NCBI GenBank assembly: GCA_021805685.1
Contig: JAJZET010000140.1
Location: forward strand, 1,923 to 65,922
Direction: 5' to 3'
Length of the DNA stretch: 64,000 nt
DNA from: Pseudomonadota bacterium
GTDB taxonomy: Bacteria > Pseudomonadota > Gammaproteobacteria > Xanthomonadales > Rhodanobacteraceae
The notes beneath the pieces are model-generated. The model was not told the origin of the DNA, searched no databases, and saw only the letters and a list, made by a program, of their open reading frames with translations. Of the stretch, positions 61,524 through 64,000 are shown in pieces; position 1 is the first letter of the stretch, and every line of letters begins with the position of its first letter. A program made the position numbers and the translations under genes.

Positions 61524-63368
61524 ATGCCCCTGCACCCTGTCGTCGCCGAAGTCACCGCCCGCATCGCTGCCCGCAGCCGCGCCAGCCGTGCTGCCTATCT
61601 CGCCCGTATCGACGCGGCCCACCGCGACGGTCCGCACCGCGCGCAGCTTTCCTGCGGCAACCTCGCGCACGGCTTCGCCGCCTGCGGCGAACACGACAAG
61701 GGCGCGCTGCGCAGCGGCCACGCGCCCAACCTCGGCATCGTCACCGCGTACAACGACATGCTCTCGGCGCACCAGCCGTACGAGCGCTACCCCGAGCTGA
61801 TCCGCCGCGTGGCGCGCGAGGCGGGCGTCACCGCGCAGGTGGCCGGCGGCGTGCCGGCGATGTGCGACGGCGTCACCCAGGGCCAGGCCGGCATGGAGCT
61901 CAGCCTGTTCTCGCGCGAGGTGATCGCGATGTCCACCGCGATCGCGCTGTCGCACGACATGTTCGACGGCGCGCTGATGCTCGGCATCTGCGACAAGATC
62001 GTGCCGGGCCTGCTGATCGGCGCGCTCGCCTTCGGCCACCTGCCCACGATCTTCGTGCCGGCCGGGCCGATGCCCAGCGGCATCAGCAACGACGCCAAGA
62101 CCGCGGTGCGCCAGCGCTACGCCGAAGGCAAGGCCACGCGCGACGAGCTGCTGGAAGCCGAGGCCGCCTCCTATCACTCGCCCGGCACCTGCACCTTCTA
62201 CGGAACCGCCAACTCCAACCAGATGCTGATGGAGATCATGGGCCTGCACCTGCCGGGCGCCAGCTTCGTCAATCCGAACACGCCGCTGCGCGAGGCGCTC
62301 ACCGAGGCCGCCGTGCGCCGCCTCGCCGCGATGAGCGCGCCGGGCGAGCAGCACACGCCGCTCGGCCGCATGCTCGACGAGCGCACCATCGTCAACGGCG
62401 TGATCGGCCTGCACGCTACCGGCGGCTCCACCAACCACCTGCTGCATCTGGTGGCGATGGCGCACGCGGCCGGCATCGTGCTGACGCTGGAGGATTTCGA
62501 CGCGCTGTCCGGCGTGGTGCCGCTGATGGCGCGGGTCTACCCGAACGGCTCCGCCGACGTGAACCATTTCCACCAGTCCGGCGGCATGCCGTTCCTGATC
62601 GGCTCGCTGATCGATGCCGGCCTGCTGCACGGCGACGCGCACACGGTGTGGGGCCGCGGCCTTGACGCCTACCGCAAGATGCCGGCGCTGGATGCCGACG
62701 GCAAACTGGCGTGGAGCGAGGTCCGCGAGAGCGGCAACCGCGACGTGCTGCGTCCGGCGAGCGAGCCGTTCCGCGCCGATGGCGGCCTGCGCGTGCTGCA
62801 GGGCAACCTCGGCCGCGCCGTGATCAAGGTGTCCTCGGTGCCGGGTGACCGGCTGGTGATCGAGGCGCCCGCGGTGGTGTTCCACCACCAGGACGACGTG
62901 AAGAAGGCCTTCGACCGCGGCGAGCTCGACCGCGACTTCGTCGCCGTGGTGCGCTTCCAGGGACCCAAGGCGATCGGCATGCCCGAACTGCACAAGCTCA
63001 CGCCGACGCTGGGGGTGCTGCAGGCGCGTGGGCACCGCGTGGCGCTGGTCACCGACGGACGCATGTCCGGCGCCTCCGGCAAGGTGCCCGCGGCGATCCA
63101 CGTCACGCCCGAGGCCATCGACGCCGGCCCGCTGGGCAAGCTGCGCGACGGTGATGTCATCCGCCTCGACGTGATCGCCGGCACGCTGGAAGCCAAGGTC
63201 GACGCGGCAGAGTGGGCCGCACGCGAGCAGGTGCACGCGGACCTCTCCGCGCACCATGTCGGCATGGGCCGCGAACTGTTCGCCACCCTGCGCAACGCGG
63301 TGGGCTCGGCGGACGCCGGCGCCACCATCTTCGCCAGGCACGACCGCCGCCACGCGGCCGATGCCTGA
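61524..63368 (+). CDS. edd: Phosphogluconate dehydratase
   Basis: [44 protein letters not shown]. Confidence 0.97.
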   Translation: MPLHPVVAEVTARIAARSRASRAAYLARIDAAHRDGPHRAQLSCGNLAHGFAACGEHDKGALRSGHAPNLGIVTAYNDMLSAHQPYERYPELIRRVAREAGVTAQVAGGVPAMCDGVTQGQAGMELSLFSREVIAMSTAIALSHDMFDGALMLGICDKIVPGLLIGALAFGHLPTIFVPAGPMPSGISNDAKTAVRQRYAEGKATRDELLEAEAASYHSPGTCTFYGTANSNQMLMEIMGLHLPGASFVNPNTPLREALTEAAVRRLAAMSAPGEQHTPLGRMLDERTIVNGVIGLHATGGSTNHLLHLVAMAHAAGIVLTLEDFDALSGVVPLMARVYPNGSADVNHFHQSGGMPFLIGSLIDAGLLHGDAHTVWGRGLDAYRKMPALDADGKLAWSEVRESGNRDVLRPASEPFRADGGLRVLQGNLGRAVIKVSSVPGDRLVIEAPAVVFHHQDDVKKAFDRGELDRDFVAVVRFQGPKAIGMPELHKLTPTLGVLQARGHRVALVTDGRMSGASGKVPAAIHVTPEAIDAGPLGKLRDGDVIRLDVIAGTLEAKVDAAEWAAREQVHADLSAHHVGMGRELFATLRNAVGSADAGATIFARHDRRHAADA

Positions 63369-63378
63369 CCCTTCCCCC

Positions 63379-63431
63379 GCAGGAGCGCGCGACGTGCGCG
63401 ATTCGTACTCGCGCGCAGCGCGCGCTCCTGT
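63379..63431. repeat. GTAG-like REP doublet between edd and eda
   Basis: CAGGAGCGCGC (63380-90) / GCGCGCTCCTG (63420-30) with an inner GCGCGA/TCGCGC stem. Confidence 0.65.
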
Positions 63432-63458
63432 GCCAAACCCCCTTCCACGAGCCAGGCC

Positions 63459-64000
63459 ATGAACAGCAACGACCACAAGCAGACCGTCCTCGCCGAGATC
63501 CTCGCCCTCGCCCCGGTGGTACCGGTGGTGATCATCGACGAGCTGGCGCATGCCGTGCCGATGGCGCGCGCGCTGGTCGCCGGCGGTATCCGCAGCATCG
63601 AGGTGACACTGCGCACGCCGGTGGCGCTGGATGCGATCCGCGCCATCGCCAGCGAAGTGGAAGGTGCGGTGGTCGGCGTGGGCACCGTGCTCGACGGCCA
63701 GCAGTTGGAGGCCGCACGCCAGGCCGGCGCGCGCTTCGCGGTGTCGCCCGGCGTGTCGCCGAAGCTGCTCGACGCCGCCGACGCCAGCGCGCTGCCGCTG
63801 CTGCCCGGCGTGGCCACCGCGGGCGAGGCGATGAGCCTGCTCGAACGCGGCTACAGGCACCTCAAGCTGTTCCCGGCCGTGCCGGTGGGCGGCGCGAAAC
63901 TGCTTGGCGCCTGGGCCAGCCCGCTGCCGCAGCTCCGCTTCTGCCCCACCGGCGGCATCAGCCTCGCCAGCGCGCCGGAGTTCCTCGCCCTGCCCAACGT
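63459..64000 (+). CDS. eda: KDPG/KHG aldolase (runs off the window end)
   Basis: Manual translation: MNSNDHKQ...PVVPVV...IEVTLRT...VGVGTV...VSPG...LKLFPA...FCPTGG. Confidence 0.93.
   Translation, partial: MNSNDHKQTVLAEILALAPVVPVVIIDELAHAVPMARALVAGGIRSIEVTLRTPVALDAIRAIASEVEGAVVGVGTVLDGQQLEAARQAGARFAVSPGVSPKLLDAADASALPLLPGVATAGEAMSLLERGYRHLKLFPAVPVGGAKLLGAWASPLPQLRFCPTGGISLASAPEFLALPN

Overview
High-GC gammaproteobacterial chromosome segment. Gene content and order suggest Xanthomonadales, probably Rhodanobacteraceae (inferred, not searched). Most of it is housekeeping: tal-pgi-pgm, purD, a sensor GGDEF-EAL protein, an orphan AMP-ligase, tsaC-topA-dprA-LysM with divergent def-fmt-rsmB, an LPS/glycan modification cluster, a Ycf46-like AAA ATPase with DUF3820, a general-stress membrane cluster flanked by two pseudogenes, a LysR-linked RND efflux operon, TorF-porin-glnA-ntrBC with sigma54/NtrC sites, speA/speE, ParA-SixA-PLD, cobalamin riboswitch-btuB, and a nagQ-SIS-nagA operon divergent from zwf-pgl-edd-eda. 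No IS, prophage, CRISPR, rRNA or tRNA was seen. The most unusual signals are non-coding. (1) Two 116-nt four-hairpin elements (57009-57124 and 61380-61495) share architecture, linkers and loops but have almost completely different, fully compensated stems. (2) A REP-like doublet is inserted exactly in frame (41 codons) into an efflux lipoprotein signal region. (3) Several genes have leaderless-type promoters. (4) Mirror-image TGGTA direct repeats suggest one GntR regulator couples GlcNAc catabolism to the Entner-Doudoroff operon. All product calls come from motif recognition in the translated ORFs; no database searches were run.
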